Positions 63,746 to 64,000 of a stretch of 64,000 nt of DNA are shown here, piece by piece. The position numbers and the translations under genes are program-made. Every line of letters starts with the position of its first letter. Position 1 is the first letter of the stretch. The notes below the pieces were generated by a model, which had not been told where the DNA came from, searched no databases, and worked only from the letters and a program-made list of their open reading frames with translations. Source of the DNA: Glaucostegus cemiculus (Eukaryota); assembly GCA_976551045.1 (NCBI GenBank), contig CDPCPM010000141.1:15314001-15378000 (forward strand), written 5' to 3'.

Positions 63746-64000
63746 TTCACATGAAGCAACCATTTCAATCTTTTGCAAAGACCAAGGGGGAGAGAGCCCA
63801 GAAGCAACAAACAGAAGTAAGGAAACAGAAACCTTGTGCACCAGCATTAGTCCACAGGAAAATGATGGAGCAGCTCAGTGCCTAACTCTGTTGCTGGATG
63901 CTGAAGTGTAGCCAGCATTACATGAGATGGTTGTGAGGGGACATGACTGCACTGTTCCCCTGGATCAGTACTGCAGAACTTCAATATAGAAATTCAATCA

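Overview
AT-rich vertebrate nuclear DNA, not prokaryotic. The repeat content (CR1 LINEs, Rex1/Babar, RTE, Penelope-like elements, V-domain and Deu-domain tRNA-SINEs, a 44-bp minisatellite) points to a cartilaginous fish, probably a ray or shark; this is an inference from family recognition, not a database search. I recognise no host protein-coding gene, so the window is intergenic or lies in a large intron, with one 164-N assembly gap. The only long ORF (20470-23553, minus, 1027 aa) is an uninterrupted CR1 ORF2 (APE endonuclease + RT) in a young, ORF1-less copy whose ATG seems to be created by the insertion junction. Almost all other ORF-track entries are decayed retroelement pieces or noise. 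The best second-look items are: (1) a family of short palindromic Penelope-end insertions with long target-site duplications and hammerhead-ribozyme-like cores; (2) a 32-bp-stem hairpin coupled to a 60-bp direct repeat at 31.4-31.9 kb; (3) an RTE copy with twin-priming inversion geometry; (4) V-SINEs sharing one head but carrying two different LINE tails. I found no convincing novel multi-gene system. Boundaries of old repeats are approximate (tens of bp).
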